Source: Octopus sinensis
Lineage: Eukaryota
Assembly (NCBI RefSeq): GCF_006345805.1
Contig: NC_043002.1
Coordinates: 94,178,001 to 94,242,000 of the forward strand
DNA length: 64,000 nucleotides
Direction of reading: 5' to 3'
Part shown: in pieces, positions 36,035 to 53,055 of the stretch
How the letters are laid out: every line of letters begins with the position of its first letter
Numbering within the stretch: the stretch's first letter is position 1
The notes under the pieces: model-generated
What the model saw: the letters and a program-made list of their open reading frames with translations, nothing else
Databases searched by the model: none
Told to the model about the DNA's origin: nothing
Program-made: the position numbers and the translations under genes

Positions 36035-39000
36035 AGACTTGTTGCTTGTTTGCATTCTGCGAATTTACGGTAACGAACTTGCAATAAAACTTTTTGCATC
36101 ACTATAGGTTTTCATTCAACTTTTTCTTATAGAGACCTTTTCGTTTTACATTCTGTTTGAAAAATTTACGGTAGCGAATTCATTACGAAACCCTTTTCCT
36201 TTCAGTGTCGTTTTTTCCCTACCTTTTATCGTTTATTTTTTTTTGCAGCACCCGGCTAGATTTATACCTTTTGTTTTTCTCTTTCCTTCATATCTTCGTT
36301 ACCAGGTCCCCGTCTCTTTCATACCTACCTCTTCCTCTCTCCTCTCTCCTCTCTCTTTCCCTTATATATCTCTCTCCCTTTCCTGCTTCTCCTTTCCCCT
36401 TTATCTCTCTATACACCTACCTTTCTCCCTCTCTGTTCCATATCTTCCTCTTTTTCTCATCTCTCTCCCTCATTCTGTCTCTCCCTCCCTTTCATATCTT
36501 ACTGCTTTTCTCACTTCTCTTTCTCTTCCTTTGTCTCTCTCTACATCTACCTCTCACGCTCTCCCTCATTTATTCCTCATTTCCCCTCCCTTCCTCACTT
36601 CGTCTCCCCGTTTCCCTCATATCCTTCATTCTCTCCTCTCTCTCTCTCTCAGTCTTTCTCATTTTCTTTTCCCCCTCCTCCCCCTCATTCTGTCTCTCTT
36701 TCTCTTCCCCTCCTCTCCCTCACTCTGTCTCTCTTTCTCTTCCATCCTCTCCCTCTCTCTGCCTCGCTATCACTCCACACCCCTTTCTTTCCTCTTTCTT
36801 CATATCTCCCTCTCTCTCCTTCCTTTGCCTCCCACTGCCTTTCTTCTTCTCTACCACCCTCTGTCTCTCTCACTCACTTCTTCTCTATCTTTTCCTCCCC
36901 CTCTGGGCTTAGAAAACGAAGATTGCACCAAAGTGGGAGAGCAAAGAATTGAATCTTCTGTTTCCAGTATGGACAATGGTGAACCGCCAAACAACATCAT
37001 CACTGCTGCACCGAAGAACAACGGCTCCTGTAGAACCATTGATCAGATAGAGCAGAAGAAAAATGAATTTATCCGACCCTATGCCCTTATCAGACCACAC
37101 ACTGACACTCTTGATATCATCATAGAAAACTACTGTAACAAGGCTTATAAGGACTGGGAAAGCAAAACAAAAACTAGAAGTCTCTTTGATCAGGTCGTTC
37201 CTCAAAAGAATGGATCCCCTACCCCTGTGAACGATCAGGCTGATAAGGATAGGGAAGCCAAGGAAGCAGCAACTAGAAACCCCTCTGTGTCAGTGGTCCT
37301 ACAAAGGAACGGAGTCCTCACCCCATTCGACAACCAGAGGAATCCAAATGCTACCACATGAAAAGGAAGGAAAGAACACGAGCACAAACATAAAGAAGGA
37401 AGGGGAGAAAAAGTAAAAGGAAAAAATGAAATAACTAAAACCGAAACCCCAAACCACCAAACAAAAGCAGAAAGCTCAAATATGGAGCTCCAATAGAATT
37501 CGAAACCCCAGAGGAGAGAAGAAATTTGGAGTGCACTTAAGGACCTGCAAATTTTATCTGCAAGGTAAATGTTGACATGGAGAAGATAGTACAAACTGCC
37601 GGCTTGCTCACCCGAGATCCTGCCAAAACTACAGGGGCCTTAAGGAGAAATACTTCCCTGAGGAAAGGCACCAATCGCCTCCAATGAAAAAGTATGCAAA
37701 AGTAGGTCGCTCTTCAGATATTATGCGCAACGTAGCAGCTGAGCAAGAGTCTTTTTTGTGCGTGGCGCAAAAGATTGTGCAGCAGCTGACCTGGCTACAT
37801 CAAGCGCAAACAAGGAACCTCGCCCACCAATGCGCAAGACCACCACAATCAACAGACACGGGATTGCCTCCCCTAACGCCTGCACAGTCGTCACGCCAAT
37901 ATTTTTACTAAATATTGGGGCCTGCTGCATCATAACAACATTAGCAAAATTTTTTCCTGAGAGACTTTGCTGCATGCAATCAAGCCCTATGTATAGAACT
38001 CGCAGAAACTCATCTGAGCCCTAATATAGAGGATGTAGAAGTGCACTACCAAAATATACCATACTGCGAATAGACACAAGGGAAAGAAGCCATGGTGGAG
38101 TTGCTGTATACATCCGCAATGACATCACACCCACAATCTTACTGTTACACTCAAATTCAGTGTGTGACACTCTAATTGTATACATAAGACAACACCAACT
38201 AGGGCGAATAACATTTTGGATCTCTGCTTCGCAAACAATACGGACATCGTTCATGATGTGAAAATGATGCCGACATTAGTCTCGGATCACAACATAATAG
38301 TGCTGTCTATTTATGGGCCAAAAGTAGCCAGAGACTTACAGCCTAAAGTAAGCACCCAAAATCTCTCCAGTCTGAAGTTCTACAAAGAAGACTGGAAATC
38401 AATCCAAAAAGAGATCCTCAAACAGAACTGGCCGAAATGTGTCTCCACACCAGGCGTTGGCATGAAATTGGAATATTTCATGTCTGTTATGCAAACCAGA
38501 AATATGTCCCAGAGCACAAGGCCGACACAAAAAGGAACAAGATTCCAAAGGAGAGGAAGATCCTCATGAGACGACGGATGGAGGTTGCAAATCGCCTCAA
38601 ACAACATTCCAGATGTAGCGAAAGGTCCCGCTTAAAAACAACACCGATGGAGATTGAAAAAAATCCCGCAACAATCCTATGTGAGGCAGAGAGTAGACAA
38701 AGAAGCCTGGGTTATAAAGATCATTAAGTCAGACACAAAGGCCTTCTTTCATTATGTGAAAGAAACAGCCTCAGTACGCTGCAAGATAGAACCCCTCTTC
38801 CAAAAGGATGGCTCCCTCACAGATAGTCCAACCAGTTCAAAAGTGTCTTTACCACCCCGTTGGAATACAGACATGTGAACGAATCAGTGAGGCCGTTACG
38901 ATGGATTACATCGACATTAGCGAAGAAGATATACTACTAGCCATAGCTGAAGTGGACGCAAACTCAACTGCTGGTTCTAATGGTTTCCCAGCAATCCTTC

Positions 39001-40550
39001 TCAAATCGTGTAAGCGTGCCCTGGAGAAACCTCTACAGATTTTCTTTTAGAGCTTTCTTGCAAATGGCAGGCTGCCAAGCAAACTGAAGTAGGGAATAAT
39101 ATGCCCAATCAATAAAGGGAGAAGCAGAGCAGATGCCAAAAGCTATAGGCCTATCTCTCTGACTTCACACATCAGTAAAGTCATGGAATGGATAGTCAGA
39201 GGGAAGCTAATCGCATTTCTTGAAGAAAAGAACTTGCTTAATGATATCCAGCATGATTTTCTACAAGATAAGAGATGCCTGACACAGCTCTTACAGTACT
39301 ATGACTGGGTGTTGAGGCAGTTACTCAACAACTCAAATGTGGACGTAATATACTTTGCAAAAGTTTTTGATAAAGTAGCTCATGGTATGATATACCACAA
39401 ACTGCATGATCTCGGCATAGCTGGAAAACTTGAAGAGTGGTTACATGACTTTATGAAAGATAGAAGTCAGGCAGTAGTGGCCAATGGAGCCACCTCAATG
39501 ATAGTGAGTGGTGTTCCACAGGGAACTGTCTTGGCACCACTGCTTTTCATAGTGGCCCTCTCAGTTATGCCCCCAACTGCCCCGATAGCCACCCTTGCAA
39601 GCTACACAGACGATACGAAAGTATCGCAGAAAATACAGAACCCCAGTGATGTTGCACACCTGCAGCAGAAGTTGGACTCAGTTTACGGATGGGCTGAGGA
39701 TAATAATATGAAGTTCAATGTGGAAAAATATTCCAAGCCCTGCGCTACTAGCGTCCAAAACTGAATATGAAACTTACAGGGTACACTGGTCCACAGGGGA
39801 TTACAATCCCAGAGCCTAAATCCGCGAGGACCTGGACATCGACTTGAGTGATGATACCTGTATCCAAGTACAGATTACCAGGATGGTGAAAAGGTGCAGA
39901 CAACTGGCTGGCTGGATCCTGAGAACTTTCAGAATCAGAGTGAAGGAAACCATGATGGTCCTCTGGAGGACATTCGTCTTCAACCGCCTGGAAGACATTC
40001 GTCCTCAGCCTACTTCCACCTATGGTTACCCATCAGTGTAGAATTAACAGTTGAACTTGAAGCAATCCAGCGAAGCTTCACAACAGCTCAGCTACTAGGA
40101 AAGGCTGAAACAGCTAAGACTCTACTCCCTGGAGCGAGGTGGGAGACGTATGCAGTAATATACATCTGGAATACCCTGGAAGGAATTGTGCAAAATTTTG
40201 GCATTGAAAGTTACACCAATGCCAGAACGGGTCGACACTGCACAGTGCCAAAGATCCCAGCAATGCCATCGCGCTTCAGGACTAGTTACTGCAACAGGGG
40301 CCCACATATTTCTAATATTCTCTCAAAGAGCCTGAGGGAACTACACAAAGTGGATGTAGGTATTTTCAAATCAAAACTGGACCTCTTCTTGTCGACAGTC
40401 CCAAATGAACCATCTCACGGCAAGAGGTGCAAATGAGGGTAGTGGCATCAAACACCATTCTTCAACAAATTCCACATATTAGAGGAGGCTCTCAGTAATA
40501 AAAGTGTTGCAAAACGGCGGTGCCCCAGCATGGCCGCAGCTTTGAGCTAT
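36035..40550 (+). mobile_element. Near full-length degenerate CR1-group LINE (ORF1 + APE + RT), same family as 33936-34960
   Basis: ORF1 remnant with CKFYLQGKC*HGEDSTNCRLAH; APE motifs RSHGGVAVYIRNDI and DLCFANN...LVSDHNII; RT motifs YRPISLTSH, FAKVFDKV, SGVPQGTVLAPLLF, YTDDTK; shared 3' end. The 5' boundary is uncertain. Confidence 0.88.
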
Positions 40551-40554
40551 AGCT

Positions 40555-45460
<4,906 letters not shown>

Positions 45461-45496
45461 TGCGTACAAATATTCTATACTTTCATTTTGCATTAG

Positions 45497-45604
45497 GCGG
45501 TACAAGCATATTTCTCGCCTTTCACAGTTCCACGCAAGTAACTCGGGGGTCTTCGATGTTCTTTGGAAGAGAGATTCAGCTATTTCTTATGGATTTGGCT
45601 TAAG
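45497..45604 (+). CDS. Candidate internal exon (108 bp, phase 2-2)
   Basis: Acceptor tttcattttgcattag, donor AG|gtgaga; GC-richer than flanks; single open frame RYKHISRLSQFHASNSGVFDVLWKRDSAISYGFGL. Confidence 0.4.
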
Positions 45605-46870
45605 GTGAGATTGGTCTTGCACAGTATAAATGAGAGCTGTGTTGCTTGACTTACAATTAACAGCTAGTTCTTAAAATTTTGTTCTAACTTCTATAGAATA
45701 GATTAAGTTACAGGGGAAAACTAGCTCTAGACGTATGTCAGAAACGAAGTATAGCTTACTATATATAATCTATTCATTAGGAAGAAAGATGGCACCCTTG
45801 AAATTTTTGAATATTTTGTGATTTGAAAAAGGGTAACAAAAAGTTATTATGGAATCGGATTCATAATCTGAATGCTTGTGACGAAGTGAATACTGCCAGA
45901 TGATGGTGCGCAACCAGACGACATATTATGTGCATTTGTCTGAATAGGAGCGGTCTCAAACACGGGTATTCTACTCCCATCTGACACAACACAAGGAACT
46001 GAGATAACTGCAACAAACTGAAAATGAATACAAATGAGAAAAAAGAGAAAAAAGAAATTGTTCTTTTTTTTTCCAGCTTATTGTGTGTCAAAGGTTTCTG
46101 TATAATGAAAAGTTGAAAAATTTTCAAAATCATATCACTAGTATGTATAAGGCATGATCCAAGAAATGCAAATATCGATTCTCCAACAAAACTCTGTAAA
46201 TCAACTAACTGTGTTTTGTCGGAGGACGGCAGTATTTACGCACTTTCCAATCTGCTAATTTTCACTCACTTTAGCGCTTATCCATGGGACGGCACAGTAA
46301 GATCGATTACGAAACCGTATAGTTACAAAGTGAACCTTTACACACAGAGACAAGGTTGTGCACATAGCTGCTGACATGATTAAAATATTATACTGCGAAA
46401 GCTACAGATTCTCAAAGCATTGGAGTTGCACAGCTGAAGAGATAATTACATTTCCATCAAAGGCCTTTAGCCATAAAACCCAATGCGAAAGAAAGCCATT
46501 AGTTTTTTTTTATTTTCTGGTTAAAATCTCATCTCACTCCAAAGCTGTTGTGAAAGAGGTAATTATTATTCTATTAAAAATCAACACCCAAATGCCTTGG
46601 CTACAAGGAAAGTTTATTTTTCAATTAAGCCTTTTCTCTTTCCCAAAGACAAGTAAGTTTCATGTACACATAACATCTGTTGCATTCTGTCCGTTTTGCT
46701 GCCTCCCTCACAAACATACAAATATTCACACACACAATACATACATACATACTTACACACACATATATACACATACACGCACACATACACACGCAAATAT
46801 ATATGTGCATACATGTATATATTTGTTTCCACCTGCCTTCGTCTTTTGTCTATTTTCATAAAGCTTCCCG

Positions 46871-46931
<61 letters not shown>

Positions 46932-47224
46932 CATAGATACATACATACATATATATTCTCACATAAATATACCGATACTGTCCGCACTTGTCTTTTTGCT
47001 TTTCCCTTAATGGCATGCCAATCTTGGTTAACTCTTGATTGTTGAGATTTATCTCCCTTTCTTATTTGAAATTAATTCCCCTTACCATCAACTGGCAGTC
47101 TACAATCCCTAGAAGTAAAGATACTTTCAGTAAATCAGCAATAATGTTTGTGTCGTATGTAATACTTACTCGTTTTTGTTGCTGAAAAACATGGCAAAGA
47201 CCATTTTGAGCTATATATTGTTAA

Positions 47225-47395
47225 TCATTTCTTGGCGTGGGCTGTATAGTAAGAAGTTCGGTTTCCCAACTACATTGTTCTAGCTTCATTCCCACTCCGT
47301 AGCATTTTGGGCGAATGTCTTCTACTAATGTCTGGGGTCGACCAAAACTTGTGAGTGGATTTGATTGATAGAAACTGAAAGAAATCCATCGTGTA
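47225..47395 (-). mobile_element. SINE family B 5' half, degenerate
   Basis: Mixed orientation signal; gtgagtggatttg...gaaactgaaagaa and cttctacta blocks match family B. Confidence 0.5.
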
Positions 47396-47415
47396 CACAC
47401 ATATATATATATATG

Positions 47416-47497
<82 letters not shown>

Positions 47498-48115
47498 TTC
47501 GTTTTGGGATTTGGTTTGCAAGATTCTTTATATGAGTTCGTGTATTGAAGCATATTCCGTTGTGTCTGGGGAGAGTCATTTTCTTTTTATGCCTTATAAT
47601 GTAACACACTCACCGGTAAAATTTCCACTTATTTCATATTATTATTTTCCTAAAATTTTCGTCGCGTCTTGCAACCTTTTCAATAGTCTTATATATATAT
47701 ATATCTATATATATATATATATATATACACATATAAAAGAAGTTCGAAAACGCCACTATATAAGATAAATTTTAATTTTCTGCTACTACTGCTATTAGGT
47801 CAACGGTCACTTTCACTATTACAGCCAACGATTCTAGTCAACGCACAAGACACCCATTATGCCCCCCCCCACCATAAAACACCACCACGTGGATTCTGTT
47901 GAGAGTAGTAAGAAACAACTATCAACTTTTTTTTATTACACTTAACTTTTTAAAATATATGTTTTTGATAAGGTTCGCTTTTTCAAGATGAACTGAAACA
48001 TGTAAAATCTCTCAGAAAATTAAAATTTATCTTATATAGTGGCGTTTTGAAACTTCTTTTTTATAAATATATACCCACTCGTATGCCACCTACACTTTTT
48101 ATAATAAATAAATAA

Positions 48116-48174
<59 letters not shown>

Positions 48175-48177
<3 letters not shown>

Positions 48178-48370
48178 TGAAGACCACTTGCATTTTTTTC
48201 CCTCTGTCCTCCCACCTCGGGATCTTTCTTTCTCCTATGTTTCCGACGAAGAGCTCCGCTCGAAACATCATACCCTCCTTCTTCCCTTTTTTCCTGAGCG
48301 CCTAATAATACTTTAATTGTTCCACATCCTCGCGTTGTTGTCTTTTTTGTTTTCTTGTTTGGATTAACTT
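48175..48370 (+). mobile_element. Non-coding repeat carrying a hammerhead-like motif (Penelope pseudo-LTR-like)
   Basis: Second partial copy at 33226-33300; embedded in (TA)n. Confidence 0.55.
48239..48273 (+). ncRNA. Degenerate minimal type-I hammerhead ribozyme motif
   Basis: GUUU-CCGACGA-A-GAGC-UCC-GCUC-GAAA-CAU-C-AUAC; perfect stem II; U4>C and CGU>CAU decay. Confidence 0.5.
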
Positions 48371-48418
<48 letters not shown>

Positions 48419-48501
48419 CATCGTTGCTATTATGTTAAACTGTCGTATGTCCAAATTTGGCCAAATGCGTATTTGTCAATATTTATTTTTGCTTGCAATA
48501 G

Positions 48502-48596
48502 CCACTTCCTTTGGTCAGACTATCGTATCTTCAGCTGTTTCGGATGCCAAGATATCAAAAATTGCCAAAGTGTTACGACAATTTTGCTATGGAATG
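48502..48596 (+). CDS. Candidate internal exon (95 bp)
   Basis: Acceptor atttatttttgcttgcaatag, donor G|gtaaaa; all three frames open; phase 2-1 reading HFLWSDYRIFSCFGCQDIKNCQSVTTILLWN. Confidence 0.33.
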
Positions 48597-48714
48597 GTAA
48601 AACTGTTTTTTCGTTTTCTGAAAAAGCAACGTTTTGGACTTACTACACTTTTGCATGATAGCAGCGATATATATATAAGTAAATGTAATGATAGGCACGT
48701 TAGGCACATCAATA

Positions 48715-49020
48715 TAGGCGCTGACATGGCTGTGTGGTAAGAAGCTTTCTCTCAACCACATAGTTCCGGGTTCAGTCCCACTACGGCGTGGCACATTGGG
48801 CAAGTGTTTTCTGCTATAGCCTCTGCCTTTGGGCTCATCAACATCGCTTGATAAACCGATGCTGGTGTGTTTACAACCCCGTAATCTAGCGGTTCGGCAA
48901 AAGAGACCGATAGAATAAGTGCTAGGCTTACAAAGAATAAGTCCTGGGGTCGATTTGTTCGACTAAAACTGGTGCTCCAGCATGGCCGCTGTCAAATGGT
49001 TGAAAAGAATAAAAGAATAC
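48715..49020 (+). mobile_element. SINE family B lacking the central microsatellite segment
   Basis: A-box TGGCTGTGTGG, B-box GGTTCAGTCCC, gcacattgggcaagtg CORE-like block, ggtgctccagcatggccgc tail. Confidence 0.88.
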
Positions 49021-49339
49021 AAAGCAAATTAAAAACATGAAATACAAAAAATGTATGTATATTTACATACAATAAGATCTAACTTACACGTGATATCAAC
49101 AACGTGATATCTGACTTACAAGTGATATCAACAATGTAAGGCGTTGAAGAAACGCATTTCAAATCCAACAGCTGTTTAGCTCAAGTTTAATGACATCTAC
49201 TTAACTGTGCATGTGAGAGTGTGTGTGTGTACACAGGACCAATCTGTTACGGCTACATTTGCTATACGACATTCCTGTGCTATTCCCTTTGCTAAATCTT
49301 CTTTTGCCCAATAATATAATATATCAATAATTTGTTCAC

Positions 49340-49640
49340 TGAGTTTTTTTTGTTTTTTTTCCTTGTGAAAATTCCCGGGTGGGGTGGGGGTGTTACCCCC
49401 CCTTTCCGGAGCAATTCCGAACCAAAATATGGGATTTGCAGCATATTAGGAGGTCAGGGTACTTGATTCCACGCAAAAAATCTGAGTTTTTTTTTCCTTG
49501 TGAAAATTCCGGGGGGCGTTACCCCCCCAATTTCCGGAGCAATTCCGGACCAAAATATGGGATTTGCAGCATATTAGGAGGTCACTTGATTCCACGCAAA
49601 AAATCCGAGTTTTTTTTTTTTTTTTCTAGTGAAAATCGTG
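49340..49640. repeat. ~130-135-bp tandem repeat, about 2.1 copies
   Basis: CCTTGTGAAAATTCC at 49361 and 49496, partial third unit at 49626. Confidence 0.9.
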
Positions 49641-49730
49641 CGGGTGTTAATCTGTAATTTTACCAAGTGTGGGTACGGAAGTATCTATATGTTTACTTAA
49701 GCATAATATTTTTCTTTACTTTATTGTATA

Positions 49731-50093
49731 CTAGCACTATGACCCGACAACGACGGGTCATAGTGCTAGTGCATGCATATATAGCTGCGTGCGTGCGCAC
49801 ATACACGCGAGTACTGTCCAAATCTCCGACCAATCACATACAGCTAGCTGGCATTCAATTGGCGTATCAAGTTTCGAGCATTTTAATTGGGTTTTGGATA
49901 GAAAATTCACCAAAAATCACTTCTATTGATCTTTTAATGGCTTTGCGGGGTGACTGGGGAAATGTAGAGATGTGCACGACCACCCTTGGATGGTTTTGAA
50001 TGACCATAGAAAGTGCGAGCCCTCTAACTGAAAAATTGTGGATTTGTATAAAGGACACACACGCAGACATTTTGCCGTTTATATATAGAGAGA
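49731..50093 (-). mobile_element. Non-autonomous Helitron (363 bp)
   Basis: Minus strand A|TCTCTCTATATATAAACGG start and CTAG|T end; terminal 17-bp perfect stem. Confidence 0.8.
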
Positions 50094-50863
50094 TCTTATT
50101 TTTCATATTTTTCTTATTTATTCCATGCCTTTGACTAACTGCTAAATACATGTAGACAAGTGACGGTAACATCTTAACAGAATCTGTCCTTCACCATTCC
50201 TACCCAAGGACTTAAACCTACGGTCCCTAACAACATGTATTAAAACCGAGCGATGATACGAACTAGCGAGCTGACGAATATTTGATTGGTAGTCTGAGAA
50301 TACTTCCACTGGTGACTCTGTAGCCTATACATAATATTCGATAATGTGATTGCCTTTACTCTAGAAAATAAATGTTGGAATGCTTTTAGAAGGACTAGTA
50401 TCGAATTATCGCTTCAATGCTTTCTTTGCCTCTATAATCTTATGCGAAAATCTTGTTTTCACATCGATCTTCTGTTAAAACAATTCAGAAATCCCAGCCG
50501 GAAACAAACATCAACGCGAAAATCCCTTTATTGGGTGTTATATAGCCGCTCTACTCTGCTACATCGTTGCCAGAAATATTATTGATGAGTTTATTAAGAG
50601 AAACGTAAATCTCACAAGTGAGATATAAAACGCAAAGCAGGAGAAAAAAGTAATTTTCTTCAAATATTTTTTAATTTATCTCTTTTCGTTTTACTAAATC
50701 TTGAACATAACTGATATTTTCAATGATAATTTTACATCTATTTTTTACTCTCACGCCGATACAAAACCAACCTGCCAACTTCAAATGTTCTATTGTAATG
50801 TATTCTATTTTCGTTATGCGTCATTGAAAGATTTTATTCATCTTTTTCCTTTTTCCTTCCCAG

Positions 50864-50955
50864 AGCAGCACGACAAATCTTTGAAGAAAGCACCTCCCTC
50901 ATCACTCGCTCTAAATTTTGATATGCGAAATCAACCCGTTTATTTGTGCAGTTGA
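50864..50955 (+). CDS. Candidate terminal coding exon
   Basis: Very strong acceptor tctttttcctttttccttcccag; phase-1 frame (E)QHDKSLKKAPPSSLALNFDMRNQPVYLCS*; alternative phase-2 frame AARQIFEESTSLITRSKF*. Confidence 0.3.
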
Positions 50956-51499
50956 ATTATAACAACGAAAATCAACCAAGTCAATATTTTAATACGTGTC
51001 GATACGCTATTTTTACAGATGATGGTGTATAAAAAAAAGTCACAAACAGCCGTGTCAACAGATTCCCCGCCTATGGGACTAGGTAGCTCTGAAAAAATAA
51101 GCTGAGTCGTTTAAGTTGGAATGTTTTAATTAGGGTTGATCTGTGGTCAAATATAAACAAAAACTACACACATGCTGTTATAGGGGCTTATACATACACG
51201 CATACATACGTGCACAGCTCGGCAACTAGGGAGATCAGGCTTAACCTGGAGTTAAGCCGCTACTTTTCTACATTGGATCATTACAGCTCTGGTACTACAG
51301 ATATGTGATTAGAATGTTGCAGGAAAGAATCGCAAGACCGATTCTTCTGGTTGAAACTTGGAAGTCACTGTCAATACCATTCTTGTCGAAGAATAATATG
51401 TGTGTGTGTGTGTATATAAACATGCACATGTTTTGTGAAGATCATGTTGACTCGTCTGTGTAAGACATTCGGCAAAATTTGAAGTGCCAGCCAATATAT

Positions 51500-51705
51500 A
51501 TATATATCGATTCCAGGTGAGAATGCAATCGATAAGGCTTTATCGATTGCATTCTCACCTGGAATCGATTTTTGTAATTTTTTCAAGACTTTACACGCCC
51601 TGATACCGTCGGTATCTACATATCAAATTTGTACGCAATCGGATGGAGGATACCCGAGATCCTATAAGGCACACACACACAGATAGAACGGATTTTAGGT
51701 GTATA
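51500..51705 (-). mobile_element. Helentron/HINE-like short rolling-circle element with terminal 30-bp hairpin
   Basis: Minus-strand start tatatacacctaaaatccgttctatctgtgtgtgtg, ccatccgatt...caaatttg motif, perfect inverted repeat 51506-51569; sits in (TA)n. Confidence 0.5.
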
Positions 51706-51710
51706 TATAT

Positions 51711-51745
<35 letters not shown>

Positions 51746-51972
51746 GGCGAGCTGGCAGAATCGTTAGCACGCCGGGCGAAATGCTCAGCGGTATTTCGTC
51801 TGCCGTTACGTTCTGAGTTCAAATTCTGCCGAGGTCGATTTGCCTTTCATCCTTTCGGGGTCGATTAAATAAGTACCAGTTACGCACTGGTGTCGATATA
51901 AACGACTTAATCCGTTTGTCTGTGTTTGCTTGTCCCCTCTATGTTTAGCCCCTTGTGGGCAATAAAGAAATA
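51746..51972 (+). mobile_element. SINE family A, full length
   Basis: Near-consensus copy. Confidence 0.9.
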
Positions 51973-52135
51973 GGTATTTCGTCTGACTTTACGTTCTGAG
52001 TTCAAATTCCGCCGTGGTCGATTTTGCATTTCATCTTTTCAGGGTCGATAAATTAAGTACCAGTTACGTACTGGGTCGACCTAATCGACTGGCCTCCTCC
52101 TCAAAACTTTCAGGCCTTGTGCCTAGAGTAGTAAA
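51973..52135 (+). mobile_element. SINE family A, 5'-truncated tandem copy with alternative 3' end
   Basis: gtatttcgtctg...gagttcaaattccgcc...ggccttgtgcctagagtag. Confidence 0.85.
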
Positions 52136-52274
52136 CAAAATATAAAGTATAAGGAAAAAAAAATTTGTAGGTGTAGACGAACTTTCATTCGTAATCCAGA
52201 TTGGTACAGCACCAAAATACAGTCTACAAATTATCATTTGTTCGTTCCCGTCTGGGCTATGAAAGGTCTTTGTA

Positions 52275-52425
52275 TATACATTATTTACATTTGACGGATA
52301 TTTGTCCTCATTTTGTTTGTTGTTAACTCAACGTTTCGGCGGATATATTCTCCAGCCGTCAACAGGTGTCTTGGGGAAATTTCGAACCTGGGTTCTCATT
52401 CCTAAGGTATTTTTTGATGTTGTTA
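52275..52425 (-). mobile_element. Hammerhead-bearing repeat segment (probable 3' half of a SINE)
   Basis: Abuts (AAT)n; contains the motif at 52325-52370. Confidence 0.55.
52325..52370 (-). ncRNA. Degenerate minimal type-I hammerhead ribozyme motif
   Basis: GACAC-CUGUUGA-C-GGCUG-gagaauauau-CCGCC-GAAA-CGU-U-GAGUU; stems I and II each have one mismatch; palindromic ACGU stem III. Confidence 0.5.
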
Positions 52426-52446
52426 TTATTATTATTATTATTATTA

Positions 52447-53002
52447 TTGAGTGAGCGAGCAGAGCATGCCATCAAAGTGACACTGGGGTAAAATATACGA
52501 AGCCCAGTATACCCATCATGACTACCCGTCTGATAAGGGTACACCAGGCACATGCATCACAACCATATGTGCGCGACATGGTGATCTCATATCAAGATAA
52601 ACAGCGCATGACCTTGCAGGTGGAGCCCAGTTAGAATTTTCTTCAGATCGAGTAACCCATCCCGCTCAAAAGGTCCCTGAATAAGGGTTGTTTAAGGACG
52701 TTGAACGAAACACCCATGTTTCCAGAGGTGAATTATTCAAACCCCAAAGAATCCTTCTCAACACATGGCTATGATGCTCCCCCACTACTTCTGCTCGTGA
52801 TCAGAGATGCACATATCGTCAGCCACTAAGGGACATGCTCAACTGGTTAAGGTCAAACAACTGACAAGCAAATCTGTGGTATTGAGCAGAATATTTGCTG
52901 TAGCCCATCTTTTATACCAAGACAAAACAATGTACATGATAACACTTCCAATCAGTTAAGATCAGAAGCCATGAGAGCCACTGCCTGGTACTGCATCAGG
53001 GC

Positions 53003-53004
<2 letters not shown>
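52447..53004 (-). mobile_element. Non-coding 558-bp element inserted in (AAT)n, longer copy
   Basis: Matches 27454-27950; (ATT)n on both flanks. Confidence 0.88.
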
Positions 53005-53050
<46 letters not shown>

Positions 53051-53055
53051 CATTA

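Noticed and set aside
36205-37361. 372-aa and 235-aa ORFs, the longest in the window
   Set aside because: The first ~220 codons are a CT-rich low-complexity tract; the remainder is LINE ORF1 debris.
45870-46020. Minus-strand exon candidates (strong acceptor near 46020; others near 19213-19322, 12721-12837, 9234-9510 and 4694-4807)
   Set aside because: No recognisable protein and no consistent phase chain; such sites arise often in AT-rich DNA. A minus-strand transcript cannot be excluded without RNA data.
48384-48740. Signal-peptide-like ORF MRICQYLFLLAIATSFGQ...
   Set aside because: The hydrophobic stretch coincides with a polypyrimidine acceptor tract and there is no promoter or homology support; kept only as an alternative reading of the 48502 exon.
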